From Parcubacteria group bacterium GW2011_GWA2_43_13 (GTDB lineage Bacteria; Patescibacteriota; Patescibacteriia; UBA9629; GWA2-43-13), in NCBI GenBank assembly GCA_000999025.1, contig LCFM01000002.1, forward strand, positions 436 to 64,435: a DNA stretch of 64,000 nucleotides, read 5' to 3'. The notes below the pieces were generated by a model. That model was not told the DNA's origin, made no database searches, and was given only the letters and a program-made list of their open reading frames with translations. Numbering within the stretch: the first letter of the stretch is position 1; each line of letters begins with the position of its first letter. The translations under genes were made by a program, and so were the position numbers. Below, piece by piece: positions 47,009-56,548 of this stretch.

Positions 47009-50000
47009 CTATGAACATCCCAATGAATTGCCACAATTCAAACATTTATAACATGACCCGTTACGCACAGTGATATGACCGCACTGATCGCACGCAGGCG
47101 CGTCGCCCATCATCTCGCTCATATATTTATTCACGCCAGTGGTGTCGCCAAGCGCGGACAACGCCCCAGGCCCGTCTGCTACTGATGATTCATCATAACC
47201 AAATCCAAACGAGGTGCCTGTAGAGACGGGGTTAACCCCGTCTCTACTTTCCACAGGATGATCAATAATATCAAATTGAACATGGCGGTTTAATACTACT
47301 TCATCTTTGCGCAACATGGTTCCCGTTTGCTCCGGCATTACATGAATAAGATCAGTCCGGCCCAAATATTCCATAGCAAGGACTCGAAAAATAAAGTCAA
47401 TCACACTGGTTGCGGTTTTAATATTAGGGTGATCTGTCATGCCGTGCGGCTCGAATCGAGTAAATGAAAACGACTGGATGAGTTTTTCAAGCGGTACGCC
47501 ATACTGAAGCGCGTGAGAAATTGCAATCGCAAAACAATTCATCATACTTCGAAACGCCGCGCCTTCTTTATGCATATCAATAAAAATCTCGCCCAATGTT
47601 CCATCTTCATATTCGCCAGTCCGTAAAAAAATCTTATGCCCACCGACGCGTGATTCCACAGTGATGCCATTGCGTTTTTTAGGCAATGACCGCTTTTCCC
47701 CACGCGTAAGCGCAAGCGGAAGCGGCATGGTCCCAGTCGGGGTATACGAAGGACGATCACCAGTAGGCGCCATTGGCGTGTGAGCTTCTTGTACATCTTC
47801 TTGTTTCGCGATTTCTCCCTGGATGGAGACGCCCCAACGGGGCGTCTCTACAGGTTGTTCATTCTTCTTCTCTTCTATTTTCTGCGCATCCGATTTTGTA
47901 TTAAGAGGTTGCGAAAGTTTTGATCCATCCCGATACAAAGCAATGGATTTGACTCCCCATTCCCATGCTTTGCGGTAGATTTCAGAAATATCCTCAACAG
48001 TGGCTTCATTTGGAAGATTCACTGTTTTGGAAATTGATCCGGAAATAAACGGCTGAACCGATGCCATCATTTTCACATGCGCAATCGGCGCAATATACCG
48101 CTTGCCATTTCCGCATTTATTAGCGCAATCAAATACTGCCAAATCTTCCTCTTTCATTTCCGGCGCGCCTTCTATTGTCATTGTACCGCACACATAATAC
48201 TGGGCTTCTTTAATTTCCTGATCGCCAAATCCCAGCTCTTTCAATAAATTGAATGTTGGAGATGTATACACTGCTTCCGAAATGCCAAGTCGTTTTAATG
48301 TCTCATCTCCAAGAGAAAACCGATTAAACGCAAACGATAACTCAAACACTCCTTTTAATTGTTCTTCGATTTTTGCGATGTCATCAATAGTAAAACCCTT
48401 TGCCACAAGCGTCTCTGTATTGATATGCGGAGCGCCTTCAAGCGTCATCGCACCCACAACGTGCTTCATCATACGGTCAATCTGCAAAGGGGTATAGTTC
48501 AATGCTTCAAGTGCGGGTTGAATTGACTGATTTGCGATTTTAAAATATCCGCCACCTGCAAGTTTTTTAAACTTCACTAATGCAAAATCCGGCTCCACGC
48601 CTGTGGTATCGCAATCCATTAAAAGCCCAATCGTGCCTGTCGGCGCAATCACAGTCGTTTGTGCGTTGCGATAGCCATATTGCTCACCCCATAGCAATGC
48701 CTTATCCCATGCCTCGCGTCCGGCTTTCAGTAAATCATCAGGGCAATACTCCGGTTGAATGGCAACAGGATAAATATCCAGATGCTCATACTCTTCGCGC
48801 GGCACATTGTATGCGGCGCGACGATGGTTCCGTATAACTCGCAACATATCATTTTTATTCAACTCATACTTTGGGAATGAACCAAGAAAACTCGCCATCT
48901 CAGCACTTGTGGCATAAGATTCGCCAGTCAAAATCGCAGTCAAAGCTCCTGCCACGCCCCGTGCTTTATCAGTATCATACGGAATACCAGAAAGCATAAG
49001 CATTGTTCCAAGGTTCGCGTACCCAAGCCCTAAAGTGCGATACGCGTATGATCCTTCGGCAATCTCCTTGCTCGGATACTGCGCCATCAATACACTAATC
49101 TCCAGCACGACCGTCCACATCCGTATCGCATGTTTGTATCCTTCGATATCAAACTTGCGGGTTGTGTAATCGTAAAATTTCACCAAATTGATAGACGCGA
49201 GATTACACGCAGTATCATCCAAAAACATATATTCACTGCATGGATTTGACGCGCGAATGCGACCTGACTGCGGACAGGTATGCCATTCGTTAATCGTATC
49301 ATCGTACTGTACCCCAGGATCTGCGCACGCCCATGCGGCATAACATACCTTCTGCCACATATCTTGCGATTTCACTGTTTTATAAGGTTTCCCGTCAATG
49401 CGGCGAATAAGATTCCAATCGCCATTTGCGTCAATCATGCGCATGAACGTGTGTGGCACACGAACCGAATTATTGGAATTCTGGCCAGATACGGTTGTGT
49501 AGGCCTCGCCTTCAAAATGAGAATCATATCCCGCCGCAATCAAAGCGGCTACTTTTTTCTCTTCTTTTACTTTCCAATTGATAAATTCCTCAATTTCCGG
49601 ATGATCAAGATTCAAACACACCATTTTCGCCGCGCGCCGGGTTGTGCCACCTGATTTGATTGCGCCTGCCGCTCGATCGCCAATCTTTAAAAATGACATC
49701 AGTCCGGATGATGATCCTCCTCCTGATAATGTTTCCCCTACTCCTCTGATATTAGAAAAATTCGTTCCTGTGCCTGACCCGTACTTAAACAGTCGCGACT
49801 CCCTCATCCATAAATCCATAATACCGCCCGGATTCACCAAGTCATCTGTTACAGATAAAATAAAACACGCATGCGGTTGCGGATGCGTATACGCATCCTC
49901 TGACGGTCGTACTTCTCCTGTTTCAGGATCAGGATAATAATGGCCTTGCGCAGGTCCGGTAATACCGTATGCCCACTGGAGTCCGGTATTAAACCATTGC

Positions 50001-50536
50001 GGAGAATTCGGAGCGGCGTACTGACGTATCAGCATAAACGCAAGCTCATCTTCAAAAATTTGCGCATCCTCTGCTGACGCAAAATAGCCGTATTTTTCTC
50101 CCCAATACCTCCAGCATCCTGCAAGACGCGCAACCACCTGGCGCGCGCTTTTCTCCGGCCCCAATACAGACGATCCGTCTTTATCTAATAGGGGATTTCC
50201 ATAGTGATCGTATTGCGGCACTCCTGCTTTACGAAAATATTTTGATACCATAATATCTCCTGCCACTTGAGTCCATTCAGCAGGGATTTCAGCATCCTTC
50301 ATTTCAAACACAACAGATCCGTCAGGATTCGTTATGCGACTTGTTCTTTTTTCGTAGACAACCTCATCTAAAGGATTGCTACCCGGATGAGTAAATCTGC
50401 GAGTAAATCGCATGCCCTTTTCTTTTAATAAATCAGGCACTGCGTATGATGGAATGGTTACTTTTGAGTAATAACCATTCAGCCGCTCAACTTCATGAGC
50501 GACCTTTGAAGAAGGGGAAGAGGATGGGGAGGCCAT
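47009..50536 (-). CDS. nrdJ: class II (adenosylcobalamin-dependent) ribonucleotide reductase NrdJ, 1175 aa
   Basis: RNR 10-strand barrel motifs (NPCSEY, thiyl-radical Cys region) and the class II C-terminal Zn-ribbon CDQCGH...CYKCLNCGN. Two family-A palindromes lie in-frame in its linker regions. Confidence 0.9.
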   Translation of the reverse strand: MASPSSSPSSKVAHEVERLNGYYSKVTIPSYAVPDLLKEKGMRFTRRFTHPGSNPLDEVVYEKRTSRITNPDGSVVFEMKDAEIPAEWTQVAGDIMVSKYFRKAGVPQYDHYGNPLLDKDGSSVLGPEKSARQVVARLAGCWRYWGEKYGYFASAEDAQIFEDELAFMLIRQYAAPNSPQWFNTGLQWAYGITGPAQGHYYPDPETGEVRPSEDAYTHPQPHACFILSVTDDLVNPGGIMDLWMRESRLFKYGSGTGTNFSNIRGVGETLSGGGSSSGLMSFLKIGDRAAGAIKSGGTTRRAAKMVCLNLDHPEIEEFINWKVKEEKKVAALIAAGYDSHFEGEAYTTVSGQNSNNSVRVPHTFMRMIDANGDWNLIRRIDGKPYKTVKSQDMWQKVCYAAWACADPGVQYDDTINEWHTCPQSGRIRASNPCSEYMFLDDTACNLASINLVKFYDYTTRKFDIEGYKHAIRMWTVVLEISVLMAQYPSKEIAEGSYAYRTLGLGYANLGTMLMLSGIPYDTDKARGVAGALTAILTGESYATSAEMASFLGSFPKYELNKNDMLRVIRNHRRAAYNVPREEYEHLDIYPVAIQPEYCPDDLLKAGREAWDKALLWGEQYGYRNAQTTVIAPTGTIGLLMDCDTTGVEPDFALVKFKKLAGGGYFKIANQSIQPALEALNYTPLQIDRMMKHVVGAMTLEGAPHINTETLVAKGFTIDDIAKIEEQLKGVFELSFAFNRFSLGDETLKRLGISEAVYTSPTFNLLKELGFGDQEIKEAQYYVCGTMTIEGAPEMKEEDLAVFDCANKCGNGKRYIAPIAHVKMMASVQPFISGSISKTVNLPNEATVEDISEIYRKAWEWGVKSIALYRDGSKLSQPLNTKSDAQKIEEKKNEQPVETPRWGVSIQGEIAKQEDVQEAHTPMAPTGDRPSYTPTGTMPLPLALTRGEKRSLPKKRNGITVESRVGGHKIFLRTGEYEDGTLGEIFIDMHKEGAAFRSMMNCFAIAISHALQYGVPLEKLIQSFSFTRFEPHGMTDHPNIKTATSVIDFIFRVLAMEYLGRTDLIHVMPEQTGTMLRKDEVVLNRHVQFDIIDHPVESRDGVNPVSTGTSFGFGYDESSVADGPGALSALGDTTGVNKYMSEMMGDAPACDQCGHITVRNGSCYKCLNCGNSLGCS
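47220..47247. repeat. family-A palindrome embedded in-frame in nrdJ (encodes VESRDGVNPVST)
   Basis: gtagagacggggttaaccccgtctctac, a perfect 12-bp stem. Confidence 0.8.
47825..47852. repeat. family-A palindrome embedded in-frame in nrdJ (encodes PVETPRWGVS)
   Basis: ggagacgcccc-aac-ggggcgtctctac. Confidence 0.8.
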
Positions 50537-50585
50537 ATATTTGTGTTAATGACAAAAAACAAATAACAAAGAAATGATAGAGAGA

Positions 50586-51146
50586 TTATTGGTTTTTTAT
50601 TATTGGTTTTCTGTTATTAACTATTGGGGGGTTCCCACCAAAGGCGCTGTGCCCGCCTCTGGCTGGGGGTCCGCCTTTGGCAGAGTTTTTTGTCATCCGA
50701 GGCATCAATGCGTCTACTTCCTCTTTAAATGTTTCAACATCTGAAAACTGGCGATACACAGAAGCAAATCTGATATAGGCGACCTTATCAAATTTTTTCA
50801 ACTGCCGCATAACAATATCACCAATAGCATCGCTTGGTAACTCTTGCTGGCGCTTTAATTGGATATCGCGCTCAATCGTATGGACTAACGCAGATATATC
50901 TTCTTGGGTGTATGGCCGTTTGTATAACGCGCGCTTTAACCCTGCCTGAAGTTTATCGCGCGAATACGGTTCCCTGCGACCATCGCGCTTTATCACAGCA
51001 AGTCCTAATATTTCGATTTCCTCAACTGTAGAAAAACGGAACGCGCATTTTGTGCATTCACGTCTCCTCCGCACGGTTAATCCGTCAGATGAAACACGAG
51101 AGTCAAGCACGCGAGTTTCTTGATGATGGCACCCAGGACATTGCAT
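50586..51146 (-). CDS. nrdR: transcriptional repressor NrdR with a repeat-derived C-terminal tail
   Basis: Starts MQCPGCHHQETRVLDSR (zinc ribbon) and has an ATP-cone. The tail TKNSAKGGPPARGGHSAFGG... is encoded by the repeat at 50632..50694. Confidence 0.9.
   Translation of the reverse strand: MQCPGCHHQETRVLDSRVSSDGLTVRRRRECTKCAFRFSTVEEIEILGLAVIKRDGRREPYSRDKLQAGLKRALYKRPYTQEDISALVHTIERDIQLKRQQELPSDAIGDIVMRQLKKFDKVAYIRFASVYRQFSDVETFKEEVDALMPRMTKNSAKGGPPARGGHSAFGGNPPIVNNRKPIIKNQ
50632..50694. repeat. family-D repeat at the 3' end of nrdR
   Basis: About 85% identical to 18062..18125. Confidence 0.75.
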
Positions 51147-51260
51147 ACATGTGTATACTCCTCCCCCTCCTTTCAATACATAAAACAGAGGGTTTTTTCA
51201 TTATACTCCTTTCACAAAGCGTCGCACAATTAACAATATATAGTAGTAGTAATAATCAGT

Positions 51261-51302
51261 ATACCACAATATGTGGTATCAACGAAGAATCTCTGTGGAT
51301 AA
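51261..51302 (-). promoter_or_regulatory. nrdR upstream region: 19-bp near-perfect palindrome ATACCACAATATGTGGTAT (NrdR-box-like) plus a consensus DnaA box TGTGGATAA 15 bp away
   Basis: Palindrome at 51261..51279. DnaA box at 51294..51302, next to a TTGATA -35-like hexamer on the minus strand. Confidence 0.4.
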
Positions 51303-51425
51303 CCTCGCGTATTATGTGAGTGTCGCCAAATTCCGAAAATACATCTAACATATCGCATCCGACGAAAATCCCTCTAATACGAAAATCGGCCGTATGGCCG
51401 ATTTTATATACTCATATGAGGTTAC

Positions 51426-52613
51426 TTATCCCATTTTCTTTCGAAGAAATGTAGGAATCTCAAGATCATCTTCTGCTGGTAATTGTTTTTTATCATTCTG
51501 CCCTTTTTGCTCGCCAAACTGCGGACGCTCATTTTCTTCACTTTCGTCTTTTTGATGAAAAATAGACGGCGCTTTCTTTGTAATATCCTCTTCCCCCTGC
51601 GTCTGTTGGGATCGTTGTTGGTTGCCAAAATCCTTGCGATCGGTATGGGTTCGTGGACCGCGATCTAAGACGCCATCATTGAATCCGGTGGCAACGACAG
51701 TGATTTTGATTTCATCTCCAAGCGAATCATCAATCACAGTCCCAAAAATAACGCGCGCATTCGGGTCTGCCTGTTTGGTGATAATTTGAGCCGCTTCATG
51801 GACTTCATACATTCCAAGAGACGAGTCACCGGCAACGGTGAACAGAATCCCTTTTGCGCCATCAATGGAAACCTCAAGCAAAGGGCTATCAATCGCCGCC
51901 TTCGCCGCCTCTGCCGCGCGATTATCGCCGGTACCGCGGCCAATCCCCATAAGCGCTGAGCCCGCATTCTGCATAATGGATTTAACGTCTGCAAAATCAG
52001 CATTGATCACTCCAGGTACTGTGATTAATTCTGAAATCCCTTGCACGCCTTGGCGTAACACATCATCCACAACTTGAAACGCATCCAAAAGTGTTGTTTT
52101 TTTATCAATAATATGAAGAAGACGATCATTCGGAATGGAAATAATAGTATCAACAACATCTGCCAATTCATCAAAACCGCGTTCCGCTATCGCTTTTCTT
52201 TGCGCGCCTTCAAAACTAAACGGCTTCGTAACCACCGCAACTGTTAATGCGCCCAAATCGCGGGCAATTCTTGCAATAACAGGAGACGCGCCAGTGCCTG
52301 TACCACCGCCAAGCCCGCAGGTGATAAAAATCATATCAGCACCAGCTAATTTTTGTTCTATTTCCTCTGCGCTCTCTTCAGCCGCCCGCTTGCCCTGATC
52401 CGGCTCCATGCCAGCTCCAAGCCCACGCGTAATGGATTTACCAATCTGAATTTTACCTGGCGCTTTGCAATGCTGAATCGCTTGAGCATCGGTATTGATC
52501 GCAAGAAACTCAACTCCGCGAATCCCAACCTGCATCATCCGGCTTAATGCCGAATTCCCTGACCCACCTACGCCCACAACTTTAATTTTTGCAAATGTTT
52601 CAATATCAGGCAT
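51426..52613 (-). CDS. ftsZ: cell division protein FtsZ (alternative starts up to 52712)
   Basis: IKVVGVGGSGNSA and the tubulin signature GGGTGTG, with a C-terminal tail. Confidence 0.9.
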   Translation of the reverse strand: MPDIETFAKIKVVGVGGSGNSALSRMMQVGIRGVEFLAINTDAQAIQHCKAPGKIQIGKSITRGLGAGMEPDQGKRAAEESAEEIEQKLAGADMIFITCGLGGGTGTGASPVIARIARDLGALTVAVVTKPFSFEGAQRKAIAERGFDELADVVDTIISIPNDRLLHIIDKKTTLLDAFQVVDDVLRQGVQGISELITVPGVINADFADVKSIMQNAGSALMGIGRGTGDNRAAEAAKAAIDSPLLEVSIDGAKGILFTVAGDSSLGMYEVHEAAQIITKQADPNARVIFGTVIDDSLGDEIKITVVATGFNDGVLDRGPRTHTDRKDFGNQQRSQQTQGEEDITKKAPSIFHQKDESEENERPQFGEQKGQNDKKQLPAEDDLEIPTFLRKKMG

Positions 52614-52776
52614 AACCTCTGTTACTGATGCATGTGGTTTTAAAGCGTCTTTTTTCATAAGAATAGGCATAAAAAAAGTACTCATTCCGTGAACCCATAG
52701 TACCCCAGCCATGATAAAAAAACAAGGCGATATCTTCTACAGGTTATACACACGGCAAAATAAGGAACAATCACAT

Positions 52777-52959
52777 ATAGAGACATCACACTCCAGAATC
52801 GTACTCAATAACTTGTTAAAATTATGCCTGGCTTGTTTTTCGCTTCAGGGAATTTTCGCCGTATCATTGGATACGGCTCAAATTTCCCTCGTTCCAAAAC
52901 TGCGCCAGACACAATTTTTCCTGCGTTCCAAGTCCGATTCTGGAGTGTGATGTCTCTAC
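52777..52959. mobile_element. MITE-like element in the ftsA-ftsZ spacer: 24-bp perfect terminal inverted repeats TAGAGACATCACACTCCAGAATCG around a 133-bp core
   Basis: Left inverted repeat at 52777..52801 and right at 52935..52959, with no coding capacity. The inverted-repeat core is shared with 27401..27483. Confidence 0.55.
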
Positions 52960-53006
52960 CAAAAAACCGCGCCACAAGAGTGCGCGGAGTACTCTCTGCC
53001 ATACTA

Positions 53007-54242
53007 TTACGCTCCAAGAGAATGGAACCAATCCCTGATTTTTCCTACCCCGTGATGTACTGTTGAAAAACGAGAAAGCATGCCACTTCCGGCTTCTTGA
53101 CGCGAACGATCGCCCCACACAATCAACCCTACTGCTGTTGACAAAGCAGGATCATGCACCTTATCAATTGCGCTTGAAACATCTTTCGGATACCCGATAG
53201 ACGCAGGCAAGCGAAATTCCTTACGCGCGACATCTACCAACCCTTCTAATTTCGCTCCTCCGCCGGTTAATAAAATCCCAGCTGGTAATTTACCAGATCG
53301 CTCAATAGCTTTCAGCTCGCGATCTGCCATTTGAAAAATTTCCTCAACACGAGCAAGAATAATATCTGCAATATGTTTGCGCGATACCACTTCCTGCTCA
53401 CTATCGCCAAATTCCGATAAATCAATTTCTTCTCGCTTATCAATCTCTTCAGGCACAGCAGTGCCGTATCGAATCTTGACCAATTCAGCTGTATCAAGCG
53501 ATGTTCGAAGCCCAATGGCAATATCTGAAGTAATATGCATTGCTCCAACCGGCAAAATCGCAGTATGAATCACGTCACCTTCCTCAAAAACGGCAAGAGA
53601 GGTGGTTGCTCCGCCAATATTTAACAAACACACGCCAAGTTCTTTTTGGCGTTTATTCAGCGTTGCTTCAGCCGCGGCAAGCGGGGCAAGCACAATATCT
53701 TCAATATCAACTCCTGTTCGATAGACCGATTTGGTGATATTTTTCACCTGCGATGACAGACCTTGTATAATCTGTGCTTCCACTTCAAGACGAATACCAG
53801 TCATCCCAACAGGATCTTTAATACCTGACTGGCTATCCACAGTAAACGAACGCGGAATCACATGAAGGATTTCATAATTCGGCGGCGTTGCAACTGCCTG
53901 CGCCGCTTCAAGCGCGCGATCAACATCTTGCTCTCGAATTTCACCGTCAGCTTTCGCAACCGCAACAACGCCCCGAGAACTTTGCGAAAGAATATGAGTA
54001 CCTGCTATTGAAACATACGCATTCTTTGCCGGAATGCCTGTCATGCGCTCTGCTTTTTCAAATGCCGTTGAAATACTCGAAACAGCATCCTCAATGCTAT
54101 TGATGATTCCCTTGCTAATGCCCTCGCTGGGAACTTCGGATATACCAATAATATGCACCGGCTCTTGCGCGATCTTTTGCCCTACCACCACTCGTATCAT
54201 GGTGGAGCCGATATCTAACCCACAAATAATAGTATCTTTCAT
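53007..54242 (-). CDS. ftsA: cell division protein FtsA
   Basis: Actin-like ATPase, starting MKDTIICGLDIGST. Confidence 0.9.
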   Translation of the reverse strand: MKDTIICGLDIGSTMIRVVVGQKIAQEPVHIIGISEVPSEGISKGIINSIEDAVSSISTAFEKAERMTGIPAKNAYVSIAGTHILSQSSRGVVAVAKADGEIREQDVDRALEAAQAVATPPNYEILHVIPRSFTVDSQSGIKDPVGMTGIRLEVEAQIIQGLSSQVKNITKSVYRTGVDIEDIVLAPLAAAEATLNKRQKELGVCLLNIGGATTSLAVFEEGDVIHTAILPVGAMHITSDIAIGLRTSLDTAELVKIRYGTAVPEEIDKREEIDLSEFGDSEQEVVSRKHIADIILARVEEIFQMADRELKAIERSGKLPAGILLTGGGAKLEGLVDVARKEFRLPASIGYPKDVSSAIDKVHDPALSTAVGLIVWGDRSRQEAGSGMLSRFSTVHHGVGKIRDWFHSLGA

Positions 54243-54277
54243 ACATGATTATTAGTATACCATAACACGCTTACTGT

Positions 54278-54754
54278 CTACCACTTTCGCTGTAAAATTT
54301 TTTGTTCAAGCCGCTCCATAACCTGCGCAGAGCGTTCTGTATCGTGATGAACTCCGGCAGTATGCAAAAGACCATGCACCCACAGCCGCTCAAGATGCCA
54401 AGTATATGGTATGCGCAATGAATGAGATTCTTTTCGTATGACATCAGGACACAACACAATTTCCGCCTGCACGCAACGTGCTGTTTTTTCCAATACAAAT
54501 GTCAAGATATTTGTTGATGTGTCTTTTTTGCGAAAATGAGCATTCATTTTTCGAATCGCCTGCGGTTTGACAAATACCACTGAAAGGAGAACCTGATATG
54601 TTTTCAATTCCGTATGCTCAATAACTCGATCAAGGAGATAGTCAAGCCGCTTCCGACGATACCACGCGCCACATGTGTTAGTGATTTCAGTCATATTCAG
54701 TAAAGCCAGCCCTAAAACATCAAAGAATACCATCAGGCGTTGCGATATGCACAC
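54278..54754 (-). CDS. ybeY: rRNA maturation endoribonuclease YbeY (start possibly at 54694)
   Basis: HGLLHTAGVHHD zinc-binding motif. Confidence 0.8.
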   Translation of the reverse strand: MCISQRLMVFFDVLGLALLNMTEITNTCGAWYRRKRLDYLLDRVIEHTELKTYQVLLSVVFVKPQAIRKMNAHFRKKDTSTNILTFVLEKTARCVQAEIVLCPDVIRKESHSLRIPYTWHLERLWVHGLLHTAGVHHDTERSAQVMERLEQKILQRKW

Positions 54755-56513
54755 CAGGAGTAAAACTCACAATTCCTACTCCAAGACAAAAAGAAAATTC
54801 ATACAGCGCGCACGATCCGGTTGCTGTGCATTCTTTTCGCGATGAATCAAGCGCTCGATACTGGAAACGGTTTTTGTCGCCACATGCGCCATCTGCTGGA
54901 GTCGGCGCTTGAGGGAATTGAGGTAAATAAGAAGAGAAGGGCTTTACCTCATCACCGGAAAGCACAGTGCCTTGCGACGCATCGCCAAGCGGATATGAAT
55001 TATTATCGTTATAATACAGCTCAAGCGCAGTTTGAACTTTTTTAACCGATTCAATGCGATCAGTATCGCGAGACACTATATCTTGCGTATTTCTTTTTTG
55101 CGCTCCCTCTACTCGAAGACCCCGCGCAATCATTTCAAACGTTGTTAAAAAATTCAATTTTTGTTTGTTTCCGGATTCGTATTTGAATGAAATAATTTTT
55201 GCCACGCCAACCGCTTTGGTGAACACTGTTTTTTCATCTGCAGTCCACAATAAATCAAGGTTCTGAAACGATTGCACCCTCATTGTTTCCAAAGACGCTG
55301 ATTGATTATGCGCTTGATACCAATCAAGCAATGACGCATTATCCAAATTTTGATCCACTGTAACAGAAATATATTCTTCATCAGTCGTGGTCGCGATAAT
55401 CACTTCATTTTGGGACTGATCGTCAACCGGTTCAGCGGCCCATGATCCGGGATATAATAATGTGTAGCCATGGATCGGATTCGCATAAATCGCTATTTTA
55501 TCATCTTGAGCAAGCCGCGCTTCGCCTTGCTTTCGAGGTGAAAACAAATTCAATACTTCAGCGCCATCGCGATAACTGTCTTTGTCAGTATCAGCAATAG
55601 TAGGATCAGTGCCGTATAAAAATTCTTCCAAATCAGCCAACCCATCGCCATCAGTATCATCGCTCCTTTCCGGCTTGGCGCTCGGTTGCGCTAATTGTTC
55701 TGGTGTCTCTGATTCCGGAACACGCGCAGAAATCACTGCTTGTTCAGACACTATGCCATATGAATCAGCGCTCACTGCGGAAAGAAGCACTGTGGCTTGT
55801 GATTTTTCAGCATCAAAAAAACTGTTTTCCAAAATAGTCCATTCTTCTTTTTCTTCATTCCATGTTGCAATGCGCAGGTCCTTCTGTGTGATATCTTCCG
55901 CCGGAATGGCAATAGACAAAGAAAGCGGTGTGAGGACAGGCGCAACAGGCCGTATGATATATTCGCCATATATACCCTTTCTTTTCATATCCTTGGCATC
56001 ATCGGAGATGGATTTACCAACCAAGGTAAATGATACGCTCTGTTCGTTTTCAGGAACCAACAGTGTGGCACGTGAAATAATTTTTCCAGCTCCGTTCCTT
56101 ACTGCCGCTTCAATCGTTTTTGGCGCCACAATGGATTGTTCCTCTTGTTGCGGCGCACTCTGTTCAATCTGATTTTGCGCAGAAATTTGCTGATTGACAC
56201 CACTGGTTGCCTGCGGTGCTACAAACCGCTTCCCAACAAAAATCCACAACACAACCCCAATAATAACAATCCAAATAATAACAATCAGCCCAATAAGCAA
56301 CCCTTTTGATTGTTTCTTCACTACAGGCGTGCCGGCATGGTGTGACGGCAAAAACCGCTCCGGAATCGTGTGGATTGGAACATGGGGAGCAGAAACAAAT
56401 AGTGCTACCCCCTCTGTTGAAGTATTATGAGAAGGGGTGGCTTGCGACACCAGCGCTATTGCTCCTCCTGCTGTTGGTTGTATTGAAGACACTCCTGTTT
56501 CTGGCATACACAA
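54720..56513 (-). CDS. type II membrane protein with a thrombospondin-type-3-like Ca-binding repeat and a C-terminal pilin/pseudopilin-like globular domain
   Basis: TM at about aa 75-95. DTDGDGLADLEEFLYGTDPTIADTDKDSYRDGAE. C-terminal KVQTALELYYNDNNSYP...C...C resembles a pilin alpha1C/beta-sheet headgroup with a disulfide. Confidence 0.5.
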   Translation of the reverse strand: MCMPETGVSSIQPTAGGAIALVSQATPSHNTSTEGVALFVSAPHVPIHTIPERFLPSHHAGTPVVKKQSKGLLIGLIVIIWIVIIGVVLWIFVGKRFVAPQATSGVNQQISAQNQIEQSAPQQEEQSIVAPKTIEAAVRNGAGKIISRATLLVPENEQSVSFTLVGKSISDDAKDMKRKGIYGEYIIRPVAPVLTPLSLSIAIPAEDITQKDLRIATWNEEKEEWTILENSFFDAEKSQATVLLSAVSADSYGIVSEQAVISARVPESETPEQLAQPSAKPERSDDTDGDGLADLEEFLYGTDPTIADTDKDSYRDGAEVLNLFSPRKQGEARLAQDDKIAIYANPIHGYTLLYPGSWAAEPVDDQSQNEVIIATTTDEEYISVTVDQNLDNASLLDWYQAHNQSASLETMRVQSFQNLDLLWTADEKTVFTKAVGVAKIISFKYESGNKQKLNFLTTFEMIARGLRVEGAQKRNTQDIVSRDTDRIESVKKVQTALELYYNDNNSYPLGDASQGTVLSGDEVKPFSSYLPQFPQAPTPADGACGDKNRFQYRALDSSRKECTATGSCALYEFSFCLGVGIVSFTPGVHIATPDGIL

Positions 56514-56548
56514 TTTATACTGTCATAGTTATAGAGTCATGGTCATCC

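Noticed and set aside
47009-50536. The large NrdJ size (1175 aa) as a possible intein-containing RNR.
   Set aside because: No Hint-domain splice-junction motifs or endonuclease block were seen. The extra length is spread over linker regions and partly accounted for by the two in-frame palindromic insertions.
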